From positions 32,001-96,000 of the forward strand of contig JBBCKI010000072.1 in the NCBI GenBank assembly GCA_037190965.1: 64,000 nt of DNA. The letters run 5' to 3'. Origin of the DNA: Chthoniobacteraceae bacterium (GTDB lineage: Bacteria; Verrucomicrobiota; Verrucomicrobiia; Chthoniobacterales; Chthoniobacteraceae). A program made the translations under genes and the position numbers. Positions 19,117-30,008 of this stretch are shown here, piece after piece (the stretch's first letter is position 1; every line of letters begins with the position of its first letter). The notes under the pieces were generated by a model that saw nothing but the letters and a program-made list of their open reading frames with translations, had not been told where the DNA came from and did no database searches.

Positions 19117-20364
19117 TTATCCCGACTTTGTTGCGGCCATCGCGTTTCCCGCGATCCACCCGGTCGTCCAGGCTGCCTGGAAGTTGAAGCCACCGGTAAT
19201 ACCGTCGATGTCGAGGAGCTCTCCCGCGAAATGGAGACCAGGGACAATCTTGCTTTCCATCGTCTTGAAGTTGACCTCGCTCAGGCGAACTCCGCCGCAG
19301 GTGACAAACTCCGCCTTGTTTGTGCTTTTGCCGGTGACATGGAACTCGGTCGCGGAAAGTTGGTCGGCCAGCTTTAGCAACGCCGGTCGCGAAAGCGCGG
19401 CCCAGCGGGTATCCGGGGCGATTCTGGCGGCGAAAACCAGTTGCTCCCAGAGTCGGGACGGGATCGGTTTGATCGGCGTTTTGATAACCGGCGTTGATTG
19501 GCGTCGGGCGCGCAATTCTTCGGCGATGGCTTCGCGGGTCAACCCGGGCAGCCAGTTGATTCGCAGGGGAAACCGGTACTCCATGCCGTGAAGCTCGCGT
19601 GCTCCCCAGGCTGAGAGCCGCAGGATGACCGGGCCGCTCACGCCCCAGTGGGTGGCGAGCAGGGGGCCGCGCTCACGTAATCGGGTGCCCGGCACGGAGG
19701 CTTCCACCGGCTCCACGGAGACACCCGCCAAATCCCGAAGCCACGGCGTTTCGATATGAAAAGTGAAGAGGGAGGGAACCGGGGGTTCGAAGGTATGCCC
19801 CAGTGCGACCGCCGGTTCCGAAGAACTCGCGGAGCGGGGGCCACCCGTGGCGAGGAGGAGGCGGTCGCAGGAGATCGTCTTCCCGTCGGAAAGCGTCACT
19901 TCAAAGCCTTCGCTTTGCGCCTTTCGGGCGATTTTGCCGGCGCCGCATTGCGACACCAGTTCCACCCCGGCCTCGCGAGCCTCGCCCATCAAGCAGTCGA
20001 TGATGGTTTGCGAGGAATCGGTGATGGGGAACATCCGTCCGTCGCTCTCCGTCTTGAGTTTGACGCCGCGCGATTGGAACCACTCCACCGTATCGGCGGC
20101 CGCAAAGCGGGAAAATGCGCCAAGCAACGCCCGCTCGCCTCGAGGATAGTGAGCCGCCAGGGCGCGGGTCTCAAAGCAGGAGTGGGTGACATTGCAGCGG
20201 CCTCCCCCCGAGATGCGGACCTTGGACAGAAAATGCGGCCCTTTTTCCAGCACGACGACCGAAGCGGCGCCTCCGCTGGCGCGGGCACAGGCGATGGCGG
20301 CAAAAAAACCGGCCGCGCCTCCGCCGACCACGCAGGCGGAGTAATGATCACGGGAAGGACGCAT
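19117..20364 (-). CDS. HI0933/BaiN-family flavoprotein
   Basis: GGGAAG, KVRISGGGRCNVT, VTCGGV and GITGGFNFQAAW motifs. Confidence 0.93.
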   Translation of the reverse strand: MRPSRDHYSACVVGGGAAGFFAAIACARASGGAASVVVLEKGPHFLSKVRISGGGRCNVTHSCFETRALAAHYPRGERALLGAFSRFAAADTVEWFQSRGVKLKTESDGRMFPITDSSQTIIDCLMGEAREAGVELVSQCGAGKIARKAQSEGFEVTLSDGKTISCDRLLLATGGPRSASSSEPAVALGHTFEPPVPSLFTFHIETPWLRDLAGVSVEPVEASVPGTRLRERGPLLATHWGVSGPVILRLSAWGARELHGMEYRFPLRINWLPGLTREAIAEELRARRQSTPVIKTPIKPIPSRLWEQLVFAARIAPDTRWAALSRPALLKLADQLSATEFHVTGKSTNKAEFVTCGGVRLSEVNFKTMESKIVPGLHFAGELLDIDGITGGFNFQAAWTTGWIAGNAMAATKSG

Positions 20365-20374
20365 CCAGGATTAA

Positions 20375-22006
<1,632 letters not shown>

Positions 22007-22024
22007 GCTGCGGCGTGCAAAGGC

Positions 22025-22195
22025 TTAAAACCGGCGCGGACCCGGCTTGGGAGTGCGGGGGGCGGATGTCTCGTATCCGCCGTTAACGGCCTTCATCCCG
22101 CCGTCCACAAAAGTTTTATAAAACTCGAACAGGACGGCGGTCACAAAACCCGCCAGAATGACGAGGATCAATTTCTGAAAGAATGAGTTTTGCAT
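22025..22195 (-). CDS. Small hypothetical membrane protein
   Basis: 56-aa ORF with one hydrophobic helix, filling the gap between co-oriented genes. Confidence 0.5.
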   Translation of the reverse strand: MQNSFFQKLILVILAGFVTAVLFEFYKTFVDGGMKAVNGGYETSAPRTPKPGPRRF

Positions 22196-22234
22196 GGGTG
22201 CGCCGCCGATCATAGCGGAGGCGGCGCGCCGATG

Positions 22235-23011
22235 TCACCAGAAACCCCATTGGCCGGTCTGCATAATGTAGAGGCCAAGGATGAGGTTTGTGATGGCGTG
22301 GGCAACGACGCACGCGGCAAGGCTGCGGGTGCGGATGGCGATGAGGTTGTATAACGCGCTGGTAATGAGGGCGGTCCAGAAGTCCTGCCCGGGTTGGAAC
22401 GTGAAGGTCTTCAGGCCAGGTAGAAAGTCCGGGGACAGGTGCGCAAGCCCAAAGCAAAGAACAACCGCCAAGAACGAGAACCGCGTGGCGGTGCCAAAAG
22501 GAACCTTCTCAAAATCCTCACGGATGAGATACCGGAGCAGAAAGCCGCGCCAGAAAATCTCTTCCAGGAGCGGGACCACAATGACAAGCCGCGCGAAGCG
22601 AAGCGCGAGACTTCCCCAATAGGTGGGGGAGCCATGGACAAAGACGTTGGGATCGAAACCTTCCAGTCGTGGAGCCGCGCCGAAAATTTCCTGGGGAGAA
22701 ATCCAGATGCCTAGAACGAGAATTGCTATTCCAAGCGTCCATGCCCAATCTTTCCCCTGTTTTGGCCAGCTTAACGAATAGTACCGCCAGTAGAAGGCAA
22801 GTAGGCCGCCGCACACCAGCGTTTGCAGCGGGAAGATCCAGTATTTCGGCTGCGCGAGCAGGAACTCCGTGCGTCCCAAGCCCTGAATCCACCCCGGCAG
22901 CATCATGAAAAACATGAACGCAAAGAACGGAAAACAGAAAGCCCGTAATGCCGGAGTCATGAGGGGCTCGGCAGGCGGCTTGGAGGCTTGGGGTGCTTGA
23001 GCGGGAGTCAT
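22235..23011 (-). CDS. CAAX prenyl protease-related membrane protein (CPBP family)
   Basis: VVPLLEEIFWRGFL, FGLAH and AHAITN motifs. Confidence 0.9.
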   Translation of the reverse strand: MTPAQAPQASKPPAEPLMTPALRAFCFPFFAFMFFMMLPGWIQGLGRTEFLLAQPKYWIFPLQTLVCGGLLAFYWRYYSLSWPKQGKDWAWTLGIAILVLGIWISPQEIFGAAPRLEGFDPNVFVHGSPTYWGSLALRFARLVIVVPLLEEIFWRGFLLRYLIREDFEKVPFGTATRFSFLAVVLCFGLAHLSPDFLPGLKTFTFQPGQDFWTALITSALYNLIAIRTRSLAACVVAHAITNLILGLYIMQTGQWGFW

Positions 23012-23067
23012 GGCGCGGGTAATCTTGAGGAAAGCGGCGAATAATACAACTTTTCTAACAAACGGAC

Positions 23068-23313
23068 ATGGCTGACGTCGATCCCGAGAAGATTCTTGCG
23101 GAGCTGGAGGCGGCGCGGTTGGCGGCTTCATCCCGACGCGCCAAACCCGGTCGAAACGCCGTGCTCGTGGTTATCGTGCTTCTCATCCTTGCGATAGCTT
23201 CCATCGCGCTTTGGGTCCTGACGCTGATGCTCGACGGGCTGCCAAGGCCTGAAAGGTCTGAGGGCAAAGGCTCGCCCTCCGCAGCCGCGCCCGCCGTCGG
23301 GAAGGCTCCGTGA
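23068..23313 (+). CDS. Small single-pass membrane protein
   Basis: 81-aa ORF with one strong transmembrane segment. Confidence 0.6.
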   Translation: MADVDPEKILAELEAARLAASSRRAKPGRNAVLVVIVLLILAIASIALWVLTLMLDGLPRPERSEGKGSPSAAAPAVGKAP

Positions 23314-23421
23314 CTTTTATGAAAAATCTCCTTTGCCCCAGTCTGTTGAAGTTCCTAAAATCGTCATCTGCCGGGCTGAACTGGGCCTGATTCAAATTTC
23401 CTGTTTACCCGCTAACACCTT

Positions 23422-24450
23422 ATGGCAAAACCCCCTTCCTCAGCCATCGGCGTTGACCTTGGCAGGCACTCGATGAAAGCAGTGCTTCTTGCGCGCAAAG
23501 GCAATGGCCGTCTCTCGCTCACCCGCTTTGCCACGCGCGATTTGGCCGTTGAGCTCCATACCGCCGATGAACTGGCTGCCAACCTCAAGGCGTTGCTCCA
23601 GGAGCTGGGGGGGAGCGCAAAGGCCTGCGGGATCGCCATTTCTTCCTCCGACTCGTTTTTGCGCATTATCGAGCAGCCCGAGATGGAGCCGGAAACCCTG
23701 CGCGATGCACTGCGGTTCAACAGCCAGATGCTGCTTAACCAGGATTGCAAAGATTTTGTGCTCGATTGCGACCGGATCTCCGCCGATTCGTCCGGGGGAA
23801 ACAATGGGTCCTCGCGCTATATCGTGGGAGGCCTGCCGAGAGCGCAGGTGCAGGTGATCCATGACGCGTGCCTGAAGACGAAGACCCCGATGACGGCGCT
23901 GCAGCTCAGCCCAATGGCGGTTTTCAACGCATTCGAGTTTGCCAATGAGGAAACCTTCAATACCCAGGGGTTCGTCCTTGTCGATATCGGCCATCTCTCT
24001 TCAGAAGTAATTGTCGGGGCAAAGCGCGAGTTGATTCTGGCCCGAACACTTGGCTACGGCGGCAACCATTTTGTGGAAGAGTTGATCTGTCACGGGGCGT
24101 CGGGTCCCGAGGAGGTGGCTCAGGCGCTGGCCGAGGAGGAGGTGCTTACCATCGAGAATGCGCGGCTTTCGCTCACGGAGCTTGTCCGTTCGATCAGTTC
24201 CTCCATCGGATTCGTTGAGGCGCGGCATGAGGTGGCGATCCCGAGAGTTTTTATTTCGGGCGGGATGGCGAAGTCACCCGCGATTCTGAAGATTCTCTCC
24301 GAAGAACTGCAACTCCCGTGCGAAACATGGGACCCCTTTGCCAAATGCGAAGTCGCTGTTCCTGCGGCACGCAAGGAGGCGTTGGGAGGGCAGCTTCCGG
24401 TATTAAGCGCGGCCTGCGGGGCGGCGGCGGAAATTTTGAAAGGACGTTGA
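23422..24450 (+). CDS. pilM: Type IV pilus assembly protein PilM-like
   Basis: Actin-like fold motifs IGVDLGRHSMK, VLVDIG, ISGGMA and WDPF. Confidence 0.85.
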   Translation: MAKPPSSAIGVDLGRHSMKAVLLARKGNGRLSLTRFATRDLAVELHTADELAANLKALLQELGGSAKACGIAISSSDSFLRIIEQPEMEPETLRDALRFNSQMLLNQDCKDFVLDCDRISADSSGGNNGSSRYIVGGLPRAQVQVIHDACLKTKTPMTALQLSPMAVFNAFEFANEETFNTQGFVLVDIGHLSSEVIVGAKRELILARTLGYGGNHFVEELICHGASGPEEVAQALAEEEVLTIENARLSLTELVRSISSSIGFVEARHEVAIPRVFISGGMAKSPAILKILSEELQLPCETWDPFAKCEVAVPAARKEALGGQLPVLSAACGAAAEILKGR

Positions 24451-24459
24451 GGGGAACTC

Positions 24460-25119
24460 ATGGCGCTACATCTTAATTTTTATCACGAAATCCAGCGCGA
24501 AGCTCAGGCCCGGGCGCGGGACCCGGTGAAACTTGCAGGGTTGGCAGGAGCGGCGCTGGCGGTCCTGCTTCTCGCCTACTATGGCTACCGGAGCTACGCC
24601 GTGAGCCGTGTGGAGGCCAAGCTCGCCTCGGTCCAGAAAGAATGGAAACGGCTCGAACCGGCGCAGGCTGAGGCCAAGAAGCGCGAGGCTGAGCTTTTCG
24701 TTCTGCAAAAGAGCAACAAGGCATTGGTCGATCGTCTTCATGGACGCCTCTATTTTGCCCCTCTGCTTGACAAGATTGCGACAGCCACGCCCCCCACGGT
24801 CCAGATCACTTCGCTTGCCGCTGATTACGCCGATCCTGAGAAACCGGCAACGGTCCTGGTTTCGGGCATCGCCGCGGGGCTCCAGCCACGGAGCGCCGCC
24901 GAGGCATTTCGTCTTGCGCTGGAGAAAGAGGTTTCAGGGCAGTATCCGAAAGCGACCGCCAGCTTCGACGCCAACTCACTGGAGGAGGCTGAGGAGAATA
25001 TCGAATGGAGCGGGGAATCGCTTCACACCGCCCGTTTCAAAATTCGGCTGACGCTTGAGGGTCGTCCGCCAGCAAAAGAAGAGGCACCCCCGGCCCCCAA
25101 GAAAGCGAAAACCAAATGA
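24460..25119 (+). CDS. PilN-like protein
   Basis: N-terminal LNF motif, transmembrane helix, coiled coil; follows pilM. Confidence 0.7.
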   Translation: MALHLNFYHEIQREAQARARDPVKLAGLAGAALAVLLLAYYGYRSYAVSRVEAKLASVQKEWKRLEPAQAEAKKREAELFVLQKSNKALVDRLHGRLYFAPLLDKIATATPPTVQITSLAADYADPEKPATVLVSGIAAGLQPRSAAEAFRLALEKEVSGQYPKATASFDANSLEEAEENIEWSGESLHTARFKIRLTLEGRPPAKEEAPPAPKKAKTK

Positions 25120-25676
25120 ATCTGACCAAGGAACAACTTCAGAAGGCCGCGCTGGGAGTGGTGCTCGTCCTTGTCGCCCTGTATGCCTATTTCAGCATGC
25201 TGTTGGGGCCGCTCGGAGCGCGGGAGAAGCGGGCGCAAAAGGCGATGGACGCCCTTGCGCCGAAGATGAAGGAAGCAAATACCCAGATTACCCGGACCCG
25301 CTCCATCGAAGCCGAAGACCCATTTGGAGCGGCGGCTGGAATCGCCCGGGAGGCAATGGCGACGCGCATCCCCGACGGGGCTGCCATCGTCTGGTTGCCG
25401 CAAAGACTCTCGGAGTTTTTCCATAGCCAAGGAATCAAGAAGATTACCTCCAAAGCGGAAGCCGAGCAGGATGATCTTAGCTTGCCGGGCTACCGCCTTT
25501 CGACCTGGCAGGTTAATATCGCCGAAGTCGAGTTTGTGCCTTTTGCCGCTGCCATCGCCGCGATGGAGAACCAGGAGGGCTTGGCACAGATCACCTCCCT
25601 GCGGATTGAGACCAATGCCGCCAACGTTCAATTCCAAAACGCCAGCCTGAAGTTCTCAACCCTGGTTAAAAAGTGA
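25116..25676 (+). CDS. PilO-like protein
   Basis: N-terminal transmembrane helix, coiled coil and alpha/beta domain; overlapping start/stop with neighbours. Confidence 0.65.
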   Translation: MNLTKEQLQKAALGVVLVLVALYAYFSMLLGPLGAREKRAQKAMDALAPKMKEANTQITRTRSIEAEDPFGAAAGIAREAMATRIPDGAAIVWLPQRLSEFFHSQGIKKITSKAEAEQDDLSLPGYRLSTWQVNIAEVEFVPFAAAIAAMENQEGLAQITSLRIETNAANVQFQNASLKFSTLVKK

Positions 25677-26125
25677 AAATCCTCTCTTTTCTTTCCCTGC
25701 TGTCATTGGCTTTTGCCGTGCTTCCCGCCAGCGCTCAAACGGTTGAAGATCTTCAGATCAAAGAGCGGTCGTTTTTTACGGCGTCAACGGCCAGAAATCC
25801 GTTCTTGCCTGTCGGTTGGGCAAAGCCTGAGCCAATCGTTCCTACGGTGGGTAAGCCTGTCAACCCGACGGCCGTGGTGTCGGATGCATTCTTCAAGCCG
25901 GAGCGCTTCGTGGTGACCAGCATTTCCATCGGCGCGCTTCCGCTGGCCTTGATCAATGGGAAAACTTACGGCGAGGGCGACCTCATTCCCGTGGAGGCCG
26001 GGATCAACGTGCAGGTCTATGCCATTCGCGACGGGGAAGTGACTTTGCGTTACCAGAGCAAAACGATCGTTTCGGCGATCCAGAGCGCGGAGGCCAAGAA
26101 GCAAAGGCCGAAGCCGAAGCATTAA
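25673..26125 (+). CDS. PilP/GspC-like exported protein
   Basis: Signal peptide, RNPF motif and ALINGKTYGEGD beta domain. Confidence 0.6.
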   Translation: MKILSFLSLLSLAFAVLPASAQTVEDLQIKERSFFTASTARNPFLPVGWAKPEPIVPTVGKPVNPTAVVSDAFFKPERFVVTSISIGALPLALINGKTYGEGDLIPVEAGINVQVYAIRDGEVTLRYQSKTIVSAIQSAEAKKQRPKPKH

Positions 26126-26230
26126 CGAGCGGAGCGGCCTACTTCATAAAAATCCGCCGCGACTTGCGCCGGGGGGCCAATCGCCCCTATCGTTGGGTTC
26201 CTGTCTCCCAAGCCAGATTCCAACAACGAT

Positions 26231-27565
26231 ATGTCGCCTTCTCTTGAATCTCTTTTCGACTTCACCCGGTTTCAGAGCATTTCCGCCGATGCGAATTACA
26301 CCCCGCAGGTGGCGGCGTGTGCGGAATGGCTGAAAAGCCGTTTCCTTGCCATGGGGTTGGAGGCGAAGGCGTACCCGACTGCCGGGCATCCTGTGGTGCT
26401 GGCGCGCAATGTGCCGAGGGCGGATCGTCGCACAGTGCTCATCTACGGGCATTATGATGTGCAACCGGCGGATCCGCTCAATGAGTGGACGACACCTCCC
26501 TTTGAACCTCGCGTGGAGAATGGCATGATCTATGCCCGGGGCATTGCCGACAACAAGGGGCAGATCATGGCGCACATCCTTGGTGTGGAGAAGGCGCTGG
26601 CCGAGAAGGGGGATCTCCCCGTGAACGTGATTTTTCTGGTGGAAGGCGAGGAGGAAATCGGCAGCGGGCATCTGGAAGCCTTCCTCAAGGAGCATCGTGA
26701 GGCGTTGAACCCCCATGTGATCGTCATTTCTGACACCAGCATGGTCGCGCCCGGCGTCCCTTCGTTGGACTATGGGTTGCGGGGTGTTCTGGCGATGGAG
26801 GTTCGCCTGCATGGCGCGGCGACGGATCTGCACTCCGGGAGCTACGGCGGGATCGCGCCGAATCCCGCGATGTTGCTCGCGCGGCTTCTCGCAACGCTTC
26901 ATGACGAGCAGTTCCGTGTGGCGGTGCCGGGCTTTTATGACGCGGTCATTCCCGTTCAGGATTGGGAGCGGAAGGAGTGGGCTCAACTGCCGATGAGCGG
27001 GGAGGAGGATTACAAGAATGAGATCCGTTCTCCCTCCCTTTTCGGGGAGGCGGGATACACGCCGTTGGAGCGGCTCTGGGCCCGGCCCACGGCGGAGGTC
27101 AACGGAATTGGCGGCGGATACCAGGGGCTGGGAAGCAAAACGGTGATCCCGCGCGAGGCCTTTGCGAAGCTGACCTTCCGGCTCGTTCCCAACCAGACCC
27201 CGGAGGAGATCGAGGAGAAGGTGATCGCCCATCTCAAACGGCATTGCCCACCGGAGGTGCGGCTGGAGATCAGCCCCGGGCATGGCGGTGCACCGTTCTT
27301 GTGCGATCCGAAAGGAGCCAACAGCCTGGCCGCGGGTCGTGCGGCAATGCGGACCTGGGGTCAGGATCTGGCACTGATCCGGGGCGGGGGTTCGATTCCG
27401 ATTTTGCAGACTTTCCAGCGGATTCTCGGCGTCGATATCCTGCTTATCGGACTGGCGTGGCCGGGGTGCTGCGCGCATGCTCCCAACGAAAACTTCCCCG
27501 TGGAAAGCTTCGAGACCGGGATCCGCTTCAATCAGGCGTTGCTGGAAGAGCTAGCCGCAGGGTAG
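26231..27565 (+). CDS. M20 family dipeptidase
   Basis: YGHYDVQP, ARGIADNKG, EGEEEIGS, DLHSG and HAPNE motifs. Confidence 0.94.
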   Translation: MSPSLESLFDFTRFQSISADANYTPQVAACAEWLKSRFLAMGLEAKAYPTAGHPVVLARNVPRADRRTVLIYGHYDVQPADPLNEWTTPPFEPRVENGMIYARGIADNKGQIMAHILGVEKALAEKGDLPVNVIFLVEGEEEIGSGHLEAFLKEHREALNPHVIVISDTSMVAPGVPSLDYGLRGVLAMEVRLHGAATDLHSGSYGGIAPNPAMLLARLLATLHDEQFRVAVPGFYDAVIPVQDWERKEWAQLPMSGEEDYKNEIRSPSLFGEAGYTPLERLWARPTAEVNGIGGGYQGLGSKTVIPREAFAKLTFRLVPNQTPEEIEEKVIAHLKRHCPPEVRLEISPGHGGAPFLCDPKGANSLAAGRAAMRTWGQDLALIRGGGSIPILQTFQRILGVDILLIGLAWPGCCAHAPNENFPVESFETGIRFNQALLEELAAG

Positions 27566-27639
27566 CGAGGGCGCGGGAATTTTGCGCGGCGGGGGCAATC
27601 TCGCCGTGCGCCGCCGGGGCGGGTTCTTACGCTCGTGGC

Positions 27640-29595
27640 ATGATTAAGACTGCGTTGACGCTGACAGGGGATCAATTGCAACGGATGGCCCGCTATGTGC
27701 GCCATCGGATCGAGGGGATCGAGGCCGCCCGGAGCCATGGGTGGATTGCCGACCGCGAACGGTTCGACCGGGAGTGGAACGATGACTTTTCGCACAGGAG
27801 CCGGGAGAGTGCGGTTTTTGCGAAGTCCAACGAATCGCTGAACATGGTTGGCTCCGGGGTTGACTATATCCGCTCCCGGATCATGGAGGAGATCTTCGGG
27901 AGCAAGCCGTGGTTTTCCGTCGATTCGAAATCGCGCCGAAGCGGCGGGGCGGCGCTTTCCGATCAGGTGGCGCGGCATCTCCGCTGGAAGCTGGGTCAAG
28001 ATCAGATCAACTTCGAGGGAGTGGCGGTCGATCTGATCACGCAGGCCTGCAAGATGGGGGAATGCGTGGCCAAGATTTTTTACAAGACTGACGAAGAGAG
28101 CTTCGAGCGGATTGCCTCGATTTTGTGGGATACGGAAACCGCTTCGCCGGTACTGACCCCGGAGGGCGATTTTATTTTTGAGGAGGACGCGCATCTTTCA
28201 GGGCAGAGGAGTGGCGAGTCTGAGGCGGAATGGAGACCGGGGCAGGAGGGTTCCTCGGCGGCGCCCAAGCCGTTGCCACCCGGAACCTGCTGGAAGGAGC
28301 AGATTGTCTCGGAGCACCGGGTCCATTACACCGGGGCGAAGGCGGTGCCCATGCACTTCAAGGACTTCTATTGCCCCTTGAATGCGCCCTCGATCCACGA
28401 GGCCGACTTTGTGGCGCACAGGACTTCCATGCGTCTGTCGGATTTGTGCAGGCATCTCGGCATTTCTCCGGAGACTTTCGCTGACCGAGGGGAGGAGAAC
28501 TATCTCGCGCGGGCCTTGGAGCAAATCCGACGGGCGGGCGCGCGCGCGGAGACGGGGGCGGAACAGCCGCGGGCGGGAGAAGGCGAGGAGCCGGATGCCG
28601 CCGAAGCCGATCCGGAGTTCCGGCTGGTGGAGGCTTACTTTCAATTCGACGCGCGGGACGATGGCCGCTCCTGCCGGATCTTCATGATGATGGCGTATGA
28701 CTTCGATCTACCCATCTTCTGGGACTACAGCGCCAACGTGACTCCGGGCGGACGCTATCCGTTCGAAGCCGTGGTCATCAACAAGGAGCCGCATCGTTGG
28801 TACGGGAAGAGCTGGTTCAAGAAGTACGAGAAATTTCAACAGTTGATCGACAAGCTCCTCAATCAGATCCTTTATCGAAATGAGCTCGCGGCCAATCCCG
28901 TCAAATTCCGTCGCAAGGAGGCGGTGGTGCAATGGCAGGATGATCAACCGTTCGAGATCGGACCGGACAAGGTGTTCGATCTCAACGACGGCTACACCGC
29001 TGACGACGCCTTGCAGACGGCGAAGATTCCCGAGTTGGACGAGCAGACGAAATATCTCCTTGAAACCGTGGTGTCCAGTTGGCGGACCCGGTCGGGAGTG
29101 ACGACGGCGACACAGGGGATGTTCGGCGGTCTCCCCTCGGAGCATACCGCCACGGGGGTGGCGCAGATCGTGGAAAGCGGCACCACGATCTTCAAACCAC
29201 AGGTCCTGGACATCAAGCGGGGTTTGGAGGCCGTGCTCAGGCAGTTGGTGACGCATCAGTATACCTGCCAAACGACGGACGAGACGTTCACGTATATGGA
29301 GGGGAATGAACGTGTCCAGGGGACGCTCTCCTGTGAAAGCGTGCGCAATCTGGATTTCAATATTGAACTGACTTTGACGCGCGCTCGCCAGATCCGACGG
29401 CTTGAAGCCGCGCGGGTGGGGGCGGAGTTCTTCAGTAAATTCCTGGCCGTTCCCGACGAGTTCAAGCCGGTGGCGGCTCCGCTTTTCGCGACGATTTACA
29501 AGAACCTCGAAATCGACAACGCCGACGACTATTTCCGGCAGGCTGTCGAGATTGCCCGGGAGCGGGACAATGAAACGAAGGAGGCACGCGCGTGA
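27640..29595 (+). CDS. Phage portal-like protein (podovirus/P22-like type), 651 aa
   Basis: Portal-like size and motif order: G..VAKI, YPF...RWYGKS....Q..IDK..NQ......ANP, SGV....QG and TATGV; start ATG 27640. Confidence 0.7.
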   Translation: MIKTALTLTGDQLQRMARYVRHRIEGIEAARSHGWIADRERFDREWNDDFSHRSRESAVFAKSNESLNMVGSGVDYIRSRIMEEIFGSKPWFSVDSKSRRSGGAALSDQVARHLRWKLGQDQINFEGVAVDLITQACKMGECVAKIFYKTDEESFERIASILWDTETASPVLTPEGDFIFEEDAHLSGQRSGESEAEWRPGQEGSSAAPKPLPPGTCWKEQIVSEHRVHYTGAKAVPMHFKDFYCPLNAPSIHEADFVAHRTSMRLSDLCRHLGISPETFADRGEENYLARALEQIRRAGARAETGAEQPRAGEGEEPDAAEADPEFRLVEAYFQFDARDDGRSCRIFMMMAYDFDLPIFWDYSANVTPGGRYPFEAVVINKEPHRWYGKSWFKKYEKFQQLIDKLLNQILYRNELAANPVKFRRKEAVVQWQDDQPFEIGPDKVFDLNDGYTADDALQTAKIPELDEQTKYLLETVVSSWRTRSGVTTATQGMFGGLPSEHTATGVAQIVESGTTIFKPQVLDIKRGLEAVLRQLVTHQYTCQTTDETFTYMEGNERVQGTLSCESVRNLDFNIELTLTRARQIRRLEAARVGAEFFSKFLAVPDEFKPVAAPLFATIYKNLEIDNADDYFRQAVEIARERDNETKEARA

Positions 29596-29861
29596 CGCCG
29601 GAACAGAAGATGGAGCGGGTGGCCGAGATCGCTCAGGAATTGACGCTGCTCAATCGTCTGCCCGCGGAAGGGGCGGCGATTCTGGACCGCGAGCTGGAAC
29701 GGCTCGTGGCGTTTCATACCGAGAAATGCTGCGATTGCAGGCTCCCGCCCGAGCAAAGCGCGATGCACCGGGAGGCCCGTGCCCTCGCGCGCGGTCTGCT
29801 CGGGTTTTTCGACAAGCGGAAGACCGCGCTCAAGGACGAGTTGGGCCAGTTGCGGCGATAG
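29592..29861 (+). CDS. Small helical hypothetical protein coupled to the portal-like gene
   Basis: GTGA start/stop overlap; SD-like GGAGG upstream; 89 aa. Confidence 0.7.
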   Translation: MTPEQKMERVAEIAQELTLLNRLPAEGAAILDRELERLVAFHTEKCCDCRLPPEQSAMHREARALARGLLGFFDKRKTALKDELGQLRR

Positions 29862-29918
29862 GTACAGTAACCACTCCGGTTGGAACAGCCGCTTCGGCAG
29901 CAGGCTGCGTTGTCAACA

Positions 29919-29952
29919 TCAAGCTGTTATCTACGGATAGCAGCTTGAGTTT
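29919..29952 (+). terminator. Stable hairpin with cUACGg tetraloop, probable terminator
   Basis: TCAAGCTGTTATC-TACG-GATAGCAGCTTGA, 13 bp including one G-U pair; only a short T run follows. Confidence 0.55.
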
Positions 29953-30008
29953 CCTCCTTGCCTGGGAAAAGAATCCGGCGGTCGACGCGACTCAGCGTTG
30001 ACTGGATA

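Noticed and set aside
27244..27639. N-terminal extension of the 783-aa ORF
   Set aside because: It overlaps the dipeptidase gene out of frame; ATG 27640 is the more plausible start.
27566..30008. Complete prophage
   Set aside because: No integrase, terminase, capsid, tail or lysis genes and no att-like direct repeats were seen.
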